Source: Bacillota bacterium
GTDB lineage: Bacteria > Patescibacteriota > Minisyncoccia > Phycocordibacterales > Phycocordibacteraceae
Assembly (NCBI GenBank): GCA_050260455.1
Contig: JBLNCF010000010.1
Location: 37,653-101,652 of the forward strand
DNA: 64,000 nt
Direction of reading: 5' to 3'
In this document: positions 29,984-38,486 of the stretch, one piece after another
Layout of the letters: each line of letters begins with the position of its first letter
Numbering within the stretch: position 1 is the stretch's first letter
Notes under the pieces: generated by a model
The model's database searches: none
What the model saw: only the letters and a program-made list of their open reading frames with translations
Told to the model about the DNA's origin: nothing
Made by a program: the position numbers and the translations under genes

Positions 29984-30253
29984 ATGAGCAAAGAACATCA
30001 CTTCTGGCCCTCCTATGAGCGTATGCCAGACACATCCATCCATCCTGAACGGCTGCAGGAATTGCAGTTTCATCTCGAGTCGGGCGATTATTTCCCTCTC
30101 CTTTCGACCATTCTTGGTTTCCTCGAGGAAGGTATGCGTCAGTGTGAACAGGGCGTGCTCGCGCTCGCACCCGTGGAGGCGGAGGTCCTCGAGAATCTCC
30201 GTATGGACCTCATTTACTTGCACAAACACTACGAGATCAGTCCTAAGTCCTAA
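29984..30253 (+). CDS. Hypothetical protein
   Basis: Clean ORF with TATAGT 6 nt upstream. Confidence 0.6.
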   Translation: MSKEHHFWPSYERMPDTSIHPERLQELQFHLESGDYFPLLSTILGFLEEGMRQCEQGVLALAPVEAEVLENLRMDLIYLHKHYEISPKS

Positions 30254-30258
30254 ACCGT

Positions 30259-30714
30259 ATGACCATCCACGAGACCATCAAGGCAACCATCCCTGTGGCC
30301 ATGAAGGCCAAGGACGAAGTGAAGCTCCGCACGTACCGTTCCCTTTCCGCCGCCATGACCAACGAAGTCGTTGCTAAGAAACGAAAGCCCGATGAACTCC
30401 TCACGGACGACGAAGCGCTTGCAGTAATCAAGCGTGCTGTGAATCAGCGCAAGGATTCAATCGAACAGTACACCAACGCAGGACGTCTTGATCTCGCTAT
30501 GCCCGAACAGGAAGAGCTCGCATTTATCGAAGAACTCCTTCCGCCCCAGATGAGCCGAGAGGACATCGAATCCATTGCCCGCGCCAAAATGGCGGAGCTT
30601 GGCGTAACTGATAAAAAGGACATGGGTCGCTTCATGGGAGCGGTTATGCAGGAGGTGAAGGGTCGTGCAGATGGGGGCGACGTGAAAGCTGTCGTCGAGA
30701 GTCTCTTCGCATAA
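30259..30714 (+). CDS. GatB/YqeY domain protein
   Basis: AMKAKD...KDSIEQY..AGR.DL...LPPQ...MGRFMG. Confidence 0.92.
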   Translation: MTIHETIKATIPVAMKAKDEVKLRTYRSLSAAMTNEVVAKKRKPDELLTDDEALAVIKRAVNQRKDSIEQYTNAGRLDLAMPEQEELAFIEELLPPQMSREDIESIARAKMAELGVTDKKDMGRFMGAVMQEVKGRADGGDVKAVVESLFA

Positions 30715-30719
30715 ATTCT

Positions 30720-30962
30720 ATGGAGGGGTTCTCTTTTAATCGCAAACCAAACCCCGTCAGAAAGGCTCAGCTTACCGGTGATACCCCTGCCCTACAACGT
30801 ATGGCACGTGCTGCAGCTGAAGCTCGAGCTCGTCACCGTGAAGCCATCCGTACCGAAGAAGAAATGCTGCGCATTGCTCAAGAACGGGATCGACTACAAG
30901 GTGAACATGAGCGTGTCGAGCAGGCCAACGAGCACATTATTCCCCCTACGGAATACGATTAG
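30720..30962 (+). CDS. Hypothetical coiled-coil protein
   Basis: ORF directly after yqeY. Confidence 0.5.
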   Translation: MEGFSFNRKPNPVRKAQLTGDTPALQRMARAAAEARARHREAIRTEEEMLRIAQERDRLQGEHERVEQANEHIIPPTEYD

Positions 30963-31065
30963 CGCTTCATATTTCGTAAATGAGCCGCTGTGCTATACTC
31001 ACCGCGGCTGAAAAGAAGTCTGGTGTGGTGGGCCCTTTCCTCTCTTCCTGTATTGGGGCACAACC

Positions 31066-31377
31066 ATGACTCAACCGAACCTTGTCGGTGACATAACCTA
31101 CCAACGCGACGATAGAGCAAGTAAAGGATGGTACTTTCGCTTACAAGCGAGATTCCCTCCCGAAGCGGCCAAGAACATATCCCGTAGGAAGGCTTCCGGA
31201 CTGAAGAGGAAGTACCGCGGGCAACTCAAACTAGAATGGTCGTCAGAAGGCTCTCTGGACTCCATAACCATGCGGGTCCTTGCCCACGGCGGCGAAAGTG
31301 CCTGGCTCCAAGCACAGCAGCTCGGCATCGATATATATCGTGCCTTCGGCGTGTTGTTGGGTATCAAACCGACATAA
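31066..31377 (+). CDS. Orphan basic protein
   Basis: TGCTATACT near 30991; GGGG RBS; hairpin near 31404-31430. Confidence 0.55.
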   Translation: MTQPNLVGDITYQRDDRASKGWYFRLQARFPPEAAKNISRRKASGLKRKYRGQLKLEWSSEGSLDSITMRVLAHGGESAWLQAQQLGIDIYRAFGVLLGIKPT

Positions 31378-31511
31378 GTACTTACAGCACCTTACCTAAT
31401 GACCCCGTGCGAGCTTCGGCTCGTGCGGGGCATGGTATTTGCATGCCGCCTCATGCGCGCTATGCTGCCGGAGGCGCCGCGTAAGCGGCTTGAACCATAC
31501 AGGGGGCGTAC

Positions 31512-32234
31512 ATGCGCATACTGCTGATAGACAGTGACCCTGCAGAAGCGCAGGGGTTCGAGCTCGCGCTCAAAAGCGAGGGGTTCAGCGTTACCACCAC
31601 AGATCTCGGCGAAGAAGGAATTGAGTTCGCTCGAAACTACGAGTATGAACTGATTCTTATCGCGCTTGAGTTAACGGACATGATAGCCAGCGATATCATT
31701 CGCACCCTCCGGAATACGAAGGTGAGGACACCTATAGTGATATTCTCCCTCACTGCTGGACCAGAAACCCGGATTAAATGCCTGGATCTGGGGGCCGATG
31801 ATTTCCTCTTTCACCAGTTCCAACCACCAGAACTGGCTACTCGTATTCGTTCGATCGTGCGTAGAGCACACGGACATATGGAATCAGTAATTACGGTTGG
31901 GAATCTGGTGATCAGCCTAAATTCCAGAGAATTCAGCGTGGACGGGAAACGAACTCCTCTTCCACCACTTGAGCACCGGCTGTTGATCCTTCTTGGTTTG
32001 CGCAAAGGCCGCATGGTGTCGCGGGAATCGCTGTTCGCAACCCTTTTTGGGGAAGACGGTGACCAGCCACCCCGAATGGTTGACTCAGTCATCGCTAGGC
32101 TTCGCAGGAAAATAGCCAAGGCTAACGGAGGGGTTAATTACATCCAGACCGAATACAAAACTGGATATGGGTTATTCGAACCCGATACCGAACCAGGAAC
32201 CCTTCTCTTCTTTCGTGCAAGACGCACCGCGTGA
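31512..32234 (+). CDS. OmpR-family response regulator, CtrA-like, pseudo-receiver (D51A, K101H)
   Basis: LKSEGF.VTTTDLGEEG, IVRRAHGH.ESVI, LRKG match CtrA as remembered; Ala at the phosphoacceptor position. Confidence 0.85.
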   Translation: MRILLIDSDPAEAQGFELALKSEGFSVTTTDLGEEGIEFARNYEYELILIALELTDMIASDIIRTLRNTKVRTPIVIFSLTAGPETRIKCLDLGADDFLFHQFQPPELATRIRSIVRRAHGHMESVITVGNLVISLNSREFSVDGKRTPLPPLEHRLLILLGLRKGRMVSRESLFATLFGEDGDQPPRMVDSVIARLRRKIAKANGGVNYIQTEYKTGYGLFEPDTEPGTLLFFRARRTA

Positions 32235-32315
32235 TCTTACTTTGTGCCCGTTATTGAACTGCACCGCCTCGCGCGGTGCTCTTCTTTTTTGAATGAGTAC
32301 CGTACTATGCATCCA

Positions 32316-33098
32316 ATGCTGCGTAGGGTTCAAATAGAAAAACGTGTCGGAGAAACACCACTTCAAGCCATTGAGCGATGGAAGGCAAAGCATCCGTCAT
32401 ATAAAGATATTCCGGCAACCTATGCGGGCCGGCTTGATCCCATGGCTTCAGGAAAGCTTCTCATTCTTTTGGGGGACGAATGCAAACGGAAGGAAGAATA
32501 CAGTAGTCTTGATAAGACATACGACATCGAGGTGCTGCTGGATGTAGGGAGTGATACAGGCGATGTGCTCGGCATAACCAATCCAAGCGAGATCTGTTCC
32601 GAACTGACACCTAATCGCATCAAGGAAGCTCTCGCTGCAGAACTCGGTACACACAGCCATCCCTACCCAGCCTTCTCTTCTAAGCCCGTGAACGGAAAGC
32701 CTCTCTTCCTCCATGCACTTGAGGGAACACTCGACACCATAGAGATTCCCGTCCATGACGAAACTATTTATCGCATCCGCTATCGTGGCTCGTACTCTCT
32801 TACCAACGACGAATTAAAGACTCGCATAGCCTCCCTGCTCGCGCTTGCGCCTTCAACTGACGAGCCGTCGAAACGGGTGGGTGCGGACTTTCGTATCGAT
32901 CAGGTGCGAGAGAGCTGGAATGAAATCCTAAAAACGGAACGGTCATATCATGTATTAAGACTTTCCGTTTCCTGTAGTGCTGGAACCTATATGCGTTCGC
33001 TCGCCGGTCGCATCGGAGAAGCTTTGGAAACGAAGGCTCTCGCATTATCCATACACCGCACACACATCAAGGTCCCGTTCAGATTTGCCCTACGATAA
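32316..33098 (+). CDS. truB: tRNA pseudouridine synthase, TruB-like
   Basis: YAGRLDPMASG, SCSAGTYMRSL. Confidence 0.8.
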   Translation: MLRRVQIEKRVGETPLQAIERWKAKHPSYKDIPATYAGRLDPMASGKLLILLGDECKRKEEYSSLDKTYDIEVLLDVGSDTGDVLGITNPSEICSELTPNRIKEALAAELGTHSHPYPAFSSKPVNGKPLFLHALEGTLDTIEIPVHDETIYRIRYRGSYSLTNDELKTRIASLLALAPSTDEPSKRVGADFRIDQVRESWNEILKTERSYHVLRLSVSCSAGTYMRSLAGRIGEALETKALALSIHRTHIKVPFRFALR

Positions 33099-33132
33099 AC
33101 GAAAACCGCCGCAGGTAATCCCCCGCGGCGGT
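33096..33132 (-). terminator. Terminator hairpin, copy 1 of a duplicated element
   Basis: TAAACGAAAACCGCCGCAGGTAATCCCCCGCGGCGG. Confidence 0.75.
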
Positions 33133-33153
33133 CTGAGTCGTGACCGATGGTCA

Positions 33154-33582
33154 TCAAAGCTGCTTGCCGAACCACAACATATTCTCGCCCCTCCTGCAGC
33201 CAAAGCGTTCATAGAAACGCAGTGCAGTATCGTTGTTGGCTTTAACCTCCAAGTGAAGATAGGTGCCTCCGGCGGTCATTAAACGTACTAGTGTTTTAGC
33301 GAGCAGATGGGTTCCCACTCCTCGTCCTCGGTAGTCCGCTCGAATAAAGTGATTCTCGAGTGTCACCTTGCCGGTCGGGCGATGGTGAGCAGTCAGAGTA
33401 AAGCCGATAAGCTTACCGTCCATCTCCATAGCTAGCAACACGTCGTCTTCGGAACGGATCCAGCACTCAAGCTGTTTCCGTGTCCAGAAACCTTCGCCTC
33501 CGTCTACCTGGAAAGCTGGTTCAGCCTTGGCCATCTCAAGGAGGGCCGGAATGTCTTCCACTGTCAGGTCACGTATGTGCAT
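33154..33582 (-). CDS. GNAT acetyltransferase (SD-led cassette)
   Basis: YRGRGVGT, LEV.ANN..AL.FYE.FG; SD AAAGGAGGGTC. Confidence 0.9.
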   Translation of the reverse strand: MHIRDLTVEDIPALLEMAKAEPAFQVDGGEGFWTRKQLECWIRSEDDVLLAMEMDGKLIGFTLTAHHRPTGKVTLENHFIRADYRGRGVGTHLLAKTLVRLMTAGGTYLHLEVKANNDTALRFYERFGCRRGENMLWFGKQL

Positions 33583-33666
33583 CTCGGACCCTCCTTTCTA
33601 GATTAAGGAGAACATATCGATTGCTTGATGTCAAATAATGGTAAAACAGAGTGTATAATCGAGACC

Positions 33667-34395
33667 ATGAAGAGCAACGAATTCTTCGACATAAACAAAT
33701 TTCCTAGAGATTGGGGCATTATTGTCCTTCCTATTTCAATGAGCCGCATCGGGAATGCACAATCCGCACAGGCCTGTATCGATGCACTTGATTTCTTCCT
33801 CGAAAAGATTGATGTGAATCGCGTTGGTGCAAATTTCCTCTATTCTGAGGGTCTCTACATGAACTTTGAAAAGGATGCTCATGAGACTAAGAATCGTTTT
33901 GCTAATTCGGCGGTCAGTCACATGGGAGCGGTCAGGAACCTTGTTGCTAAGAATCACAGGCGGTTTCAAATCGATCATGCATTCAGTTTTGAATCATGGT
34001 TCCAGATGTATCTATCTCATAAGGATTTCTTTAGCATCCTTAAATCAGTTCGTAAGCTCTATGATGCAGATCCTGAATTCCAGAAATGGGTTGCAAAAGA
34101 TGCGGAAGAACATGGTAAGGAACTCACGGAGCAACAGTTGAGCTTCTATCTGGAAGAACACACGTGGGAGTATCTCCTTATAAACCGTGAGCTAACGATT
34201 CGAAACGATTTTGTGAATGGACGCGAGCAATGGGTTATGTGCGCGTACCCAGGGAGACCAGCTCGAGGTCAGATATACCTCGTGCAGCAAGATCCTTTGA
34301 AACTGAACTGCGATTCAAATCCTTACAAAGGCCAGTACGATCTGTCGGAACGGAAATTCATCGATTATCTAAAGGTTGACCTCGAAACGTTCTGA
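33667..34395 (+). CDS. Putative tRNA-dependent cyclodipeptide synthase-like protein
   Basis: LPISMS, FYLEE, YPG resemble XYP-type CDPS motifs; TATAAT 7 nt upstream. Confidence 0.45.
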   Translation: MKSNEFFDINKFPRDWGIIVLPISMSRIGNAQSAQACIDALDFFLEKIDVNRVGANFLYSEGLYMNFEKDAHETKNRFANSAVSHMGAVRNLVAKNHRRFQIDHAFSFESWFQMYLSHKDFFSILKSVRKLYDADPEFQKWVAKDAEEHGKELTEQQLSFYLEEHTWEYLLINRELTIRNDFVNGREQWVMCAYPGRPARGQIYLVQQDPLKLNCDSNPYKGQYDLSERKFIDYLKVDLETF

Positions 34396-34410
34396 CTTTC
34401 CTGATTGTGT

Positions 34411-34444
34411 TAAACGAAAACCGCCGCAGGTAACCCCGCGGCGG
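34411..34444 (-). terminator. Terminator hairpin, copy 2
   Basis: TAAACGAAAACCGCCGCAGGTAACCCCGCGGCGG. Confidence 0.75.
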
Positions 34445-34470
34445 CTGTCCGTATTAGTCCCGCTACCCTG

Positions 34471-34827
34471 TTACTGGAGCATGCGCACAAGATGTTCACG
34501 ATCGGCAGCTAGGGCCGAGTCTTCTGCACACAGCTCGTCTATCCGACGAATCGCGTGCAGCACAGTGGTATGGTCGCGACCACCGAATCTTCTTCCAATC
34601 GTAGGTAACGATTGATTGGTGAATTGTCGAGCAAGCCACATGGCCAACTGCCGAGGACGCGTGATTTTGCGTTTGCGACGGTCGGTGATCATGTCATCGG
34701 ATGCGAGCTGATAGTGGCCGATCACCAGATCCTGGATTTCTTTCACTGTAATTCGTCTACCTACAGGATTGAAGGTCTGCCCGGATATCGCCGGAGCAGC
34801 CGTACCAGACTCCATAGCGTCGAGCAT
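34471..34827 (-). CDS. Stand-alone DnaA domain IV (DNA-binding HTH), 118 aa
   Basis: RPRQLAMWL, SLPTIGRRFGGRDHTTVLHA signature; no AAA+ domain; SD AGGGAGGTC. Confidence 0.9.
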   Translation of the reverse strand: MLDAMESGTAAPAISGQTFNPVGRRITVKEIQDLVIGHYQLASDDMITDRRKRKITRPRQLAMWLARQFTNQSLPTIGRRFGGRDHTTVLHAIRRIDELCAEDSALAADREHLVRMLQ

Positions 34828-35015
34828 TGTCGACCTCCCTAAAATGCTAGCGGACGTAAGCGGATATCGCTTCGCCATAGCAGGAAAGGTCCGTAAGACA
34901 CTTCCTGCTATGGCGAAGTACTTCAAGGAACGGCACTGAAAATACGATACGGTCTGTCGCCTGGCCGCGCAAATACTTCCCGTGTGCAATATTTCGTGCT
35001 ATAAAAATCGCACTT

Positions 35016-35087
35016 GGCCCTATCGTCTAATGGTTAGGACACCGCCCTCTCACGGCGGTAATCGGGGTTCGAATCCCCGTAGGGTCA
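35016..35087 (+). tRNA. tRNA-Glu(CTC)
   Basis: Acceptor GGCCCTA/TAGGGTC; anticodon arm CCGCC-CTCTCAC-GGCGG; GGTTCGAATCC; no CCA. Confidence 0.95.
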
Positions 35088-35119
35088 CACGTAGAAATAC
35101 CCGGCAGCAGCCGGGATTT

Positions 35120-36409
35120 CTATTTCTTCCTCTTCCACTGTCTGTCCTGACGGACAAGCTTATCTGTGTCCGCAGGATTCGCGAGTAGTGCTTCAACGAT
35201 GCGCTCCATGCGCATGGATTGCGAGCCCTTCACCATTACAGCATCTCCCTCCCCCACTATGGTGAGCAGATACTCTGCAGCCTCGTTTGAGGTCTCGAAG
35301 CACTTGATAGCGTCCTCTGTCATTCCCCTTTCTGATGCCGGCGCACACATCGCGGCAGAACGCGAACCTACCGCAATGAGCATGTCCGCATATTCCGCTG
35401 CGGCAGCACCGATGCGTGCATGTTCTTCTTTCGAATATCGTCCGAGCTCAAGCATGTCACCAATCACCGCAATACGTCGAGATTTTGATGTGAGGAGCGC
35501 AAGTGCACGAAGGGCTTCCTGTACAGCGGCGGGTGATGCGTTATACGACTCATCGATAAGCACCGAACCGTTCTTCCCTGCAAGAAGACGACCACGAGCA
35601 GCTGGAGGGACATAGGTGTCGAGACTGGTAAGTGCCTCGGAGAGTGGTATGGAAAGAGCGTACGCGGTCGCGAGCGCCGCAGCCGGAGCAAGTATCTGGG
35701 GACGCCCAAGAGCATGAGCTGCCTTGAGCGTATAGTGCTTTCCATTGACTGTCGCGACGGCTTGCATTCCCACCGGGATGCCGTTGTCATACACAACCGT
35801 GGGTTCCTCCACACGAATATCGGCTTCATCACTGAAGCCGAATAGCGTCACTTTGGCCTCCGTATTCTTTGCCATCGTGCGTGCGTGCGTATCAAGTGCT
35901 GCGAGAATGAGCGGCGCACCGGAAGGAAGTGCATACGCAGGAGCAAACTCCTCTTCACGTACTGCTTGAGGTGTCGCATATGCTTCCACATGCACCGGTA
36001 CTTCAGGAAGGCGCGTTACCACAACCGCGTCCGGAGTGGCGATCTTAAGAATACGTGCGAGGTCACCTGGACGGTCAGCACCCACTTCAAGCACCAGCGT
36101 CTCGGGATAGGAGGATGGGAAGAGAATAAGTTCGATCGCACGAACGAAGACCGCGATCCAGGCAACGGGGTTGGTCCACGGATTCTCGACACCAATGATA
36201 GTGAGCGGTACGCCGAACTCGCTGTTGTAGCTTTTTTCGCTCGCGCGCACCGAGCCCTGACCGGATAGGGCTGCAGCCACTGCGTCCTTGGTACTGGTCT
36301 TCCCTACGCTACCCGTGATCATGATGATCTTGGGTCGGTATTTGGAAAGGATACGGCGCGATAGAAAAGCCAGGAGCGAAGCGATGGGCGACTTAAATAT
36401 CCGTTTCAT
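35120..36409 (-). CDS. murF: UDP-MurNAc-tripeptide--D-Ala-D-Ala ligase
   Basis: ITGSVGKTSTK, NSEFGVPLT, DESYNASP, GDMLELG, VKGSQ. Confidence 0.92.
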   Translation of the reverse strand: MKRIFKSPIASLLAFLSRRILSKYRPKIIMITGSVGKTSTKDAVAAALSGQGSVRASEKSYNSEFGVPLTIIGVENPWTNPVAWIAVFVRAIELILFPSSYPETLVLEVGADRPGDLARILKIATPDAVVVTRLPEVPVHVEAYATPQAVREEEFAPAYALPSGAPLILAALDTHARTMAKNTEAKVTLFGFSDEADIRVEEPTVVYDNGIPVGMQAVATVNGKHYTLKAAHALGRPQILAPAAALATAYALSIPLSEALTSLDTYVPPAARGRLLAGKNGSVLIDESYNASPAAVQEALRALALLTSKSRRIAVIGDMLELGRYSKEEHARIGAAAAEYADMLIAVGSRSAAMCAPASERGMTEDAIKCFETSNEAAEYLLTIVGEGDAVMVKGSQSMRMERIVEALLANPADTDKLVRQDRQWKRKK

Positions 36410-36411
36410 AT

Positions 36412-38139
36412 CTACTGGGTTACCGCGCGATCAGGGGGCACATCGTAATAGTTTATCAAAAAGTGCGTAAGGTCCATGAAGGGATGGGTGAGGGTCTCCG
36501 AGGCATACTGCACACCCTTCGGTTCCTTCGTATAGAGAAGGATGATGTATTTCGGATCCGATGCCGGGAAATAGCCAAAGAACGAGTGGAAGTAGAGTCC
36601 GGGTGCATACTTCCCTCCCGGCCCCGCCACCTGCGCGGTACCAGTCTTTGCAGCAACGCTCATCTCCGGAATCTTAACCGTGCCGTTAGCCAGCTTCGTA
36701 TCAACCACCTTTACCAGCATAGTTGTCGTCTCATCGACAGATTTCGGAGAGAATACCTGTTCTGACTTGCCCCAGGAAAGGGTCTTCACAATGCCGTTCT
36801 CAAGGCGCACTCCGCGCACGACATGTGGTGTCACCACTTCCCCATGATTGGCGAGTGCACCAAGTGCCTTGATCATCTGTACGGGCGTTTCCGCAATACC
36901 CTGTCCGAACGATGCCGTATCGTACTCGATGTCACGGGGACTCGTCTTAATGTTGTTGATATTGCCCGCCACTTCACTCGGCAAATCGATGCCAGTCTCG
37001 GTACCAAAACCCAGGTGCTCGAAATAAGTACGGAAGCGTTCATGCCCCACCCGAGTGGCAATCCACGCAGCTCCCACATTGAGTGACTGCGAGAGCACTT
37101 CCTGCATAGGCGTGTTGGGCCCACGCGGCTTCAAGTCATAGTTACAGAACGTACTCTTATTTACCGTCGTACAACCCGTATCGTTATACGTCGAATCAGG
37201 AGTGATGACACCCGAATCGAGACCGGCCGTCATAGTAAGGGGTTTCATAATGGAACCGAACTCGTACTGGTGCTGAACGAGCGGGTTGCCGAAATACGCC
37301 GCATCCGCATGAGCGAAGTCATTCGGGTCAAAGGACGGATACGTATCGAGTGCGATGATCTCGCCGGTCTTCGGATCCATGATGATGCCGCCGGTCTCCT
37401 GACTCGAGTACTCTCGATTTGTAGCCGCGAGCACCTGATCGAGTTTTTCCTGCACGATCGGATCAATGCTGGTCACCAGATCTCCTTGACGCGATGCACG
37501 AGCATCCACCACTACGTTATCAAGATTCGCGAACAGCTCCGCAAAGAAGTTGCCAAAAAGACCCGTTCCATCACGCTCCAAAACATCGTCGTAATAACGT
37601 TCAAGTCCAAAGCGTCCGGCAAGGCTGTTATCGTTATCGTACGCGACGAATCCCACCGATTGTGCAGCTTCACTCCCTGCAGGATAGGAGCGCCAACGTT
37701 CCCTCGTCACGGTGACGCCCGGAAGCTTGGCAGAACTAATAGCGGCACCTGCCGTTTCAGGCACATGCTGTGCGATTACCTCATAGGGATCGTCCTGCTT
37801 GGTTGCTGATGTTATGAAGGCATCGTGGTCGATAGGAACGATGGCATTCAGCTTGGCATAGGTCCCCTCTGCGTCTTTCACGAGGGATGGATTGATGGAA
37901 ACAATGAAGCCGGTCGCAAGCGTGGCTGCTGAAAGAAGTGTTCCGTCTTTGCGCGTGAAATAGATACTCCCCCGGTCATACAACTCCTGGCTTGAATTCA
38001 GGTATTGCCGATCAGCACGCAACGCGAAATCACGCCCGTGTACGATCTGTACGAAATAGAGGCGAAGGATGAGAAGAAGCGCAATGAGGAGAATCCCGGC
38101 GGAGAGTATGCGTAATCGGCCTCTCACCGCCTTCTTCAT
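36412..38139 (-). CDS. ftsI: Class B PBP (FtsI)
   Basis: GSIMK, SLN, KTGT; located in the dcw cluster. Confidence 0.88.
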   Translation of the reverse strand: MKKAVRGRLRILSAGILLIALLLILRLYFVQIVHGRDFALRADRQYLNSSQELYDRGSIYFTRKDGTLLSAATLATGFIVSINPSLVKDAEGTYAKLNAIVPIDHDAFITSATKQDDPYEVIAQHVPETAGAAISSAKLPGVTVTRERWRSYPAGSEAAQSVGFVAYDNDNSLAGRFGLERYYDDVLERDGTGLFGNFFAELFANLDNVVVDARASRQGDLVTSIDPIVQEKLDQVLAATNREYSSQETGGIIMDPKTGEIIALDTYPSFDPNDFAHADAAYFGNPLVQHQYEFGSIMKPLTMTAGLDSGVITPDSTYNDTGCTTVNKSTFCNYDLKPRGPNTPMQEVLSQSLNVGAAWIATRVGHERFRTYFEHLGFGTETGIDLPSEVAGNINNIKTSPRDIEYDTASFGQGIAETPVQMIKALGALANHGEVVTPHVVRGVRLENGIVKTLSWGKSEQVFSPKSVDETTTMLVKVVDTKLANGTVKIPEMSVAAKTGTAQVAGPGGKYAPGLYFHSFFGYFPASDPKYIILLYTKEPKGVQYASETLTHPFMDLTHFLINYYDVPPDRAVTQ

Positions 38140-38147
38140 ATCCTCGA

Positions 38148-38486
38148 TTAGTTGCCGGCGAACGTAAGGCCCTGTGCTGGTTTAGCGACTGCGTACTGTA
38201 CGACAGCCGGGTGTACGAGGCCGACACTTGCGGGCGAGGTTTCGTTCTGCTTTGCGATAGCGGCGTAATAGTCACGCTCGAGTTGCGCGATCGCTCCTTC
38301 GCGGGAGCGTACCTGTGCAGCCAGAGATGTCTGCATCGTTGCAAGACTGATTGTGACGATGACCAGCACGATGTATATCGCGAATATCGCTCCGGCGAGG
38401 TACATGAGCGTCGCGATGGTCTGGTCTGGCATGGAGGGAATGACGAGAGCCTGCGAGCGTCCGCGAGAATGAGTACGATTAGACAT
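38148..38486 (-). CDS. FtsL-like protein
   Basis: TM helix plus coiled coil between rsmH and ftsI. Confidence 0.65.
   Translation of the reverse strand: MSNRTHSRGRSQALVIPSMPDQTIATLMYLAGAIFAIYIVLVIVTISLATMQTSLAAQVRSREGAIAQLERDYYAAIAKQNETSPASVGLVHPAVVQYAVAKPAQGLTFAGN

Noticed and set aside
34471-35015. dnaA pseudogene or oriC
   Set aside because: No AAA+ remnant, has its own SD-led start, no DnaA-box cluster and no dnaN
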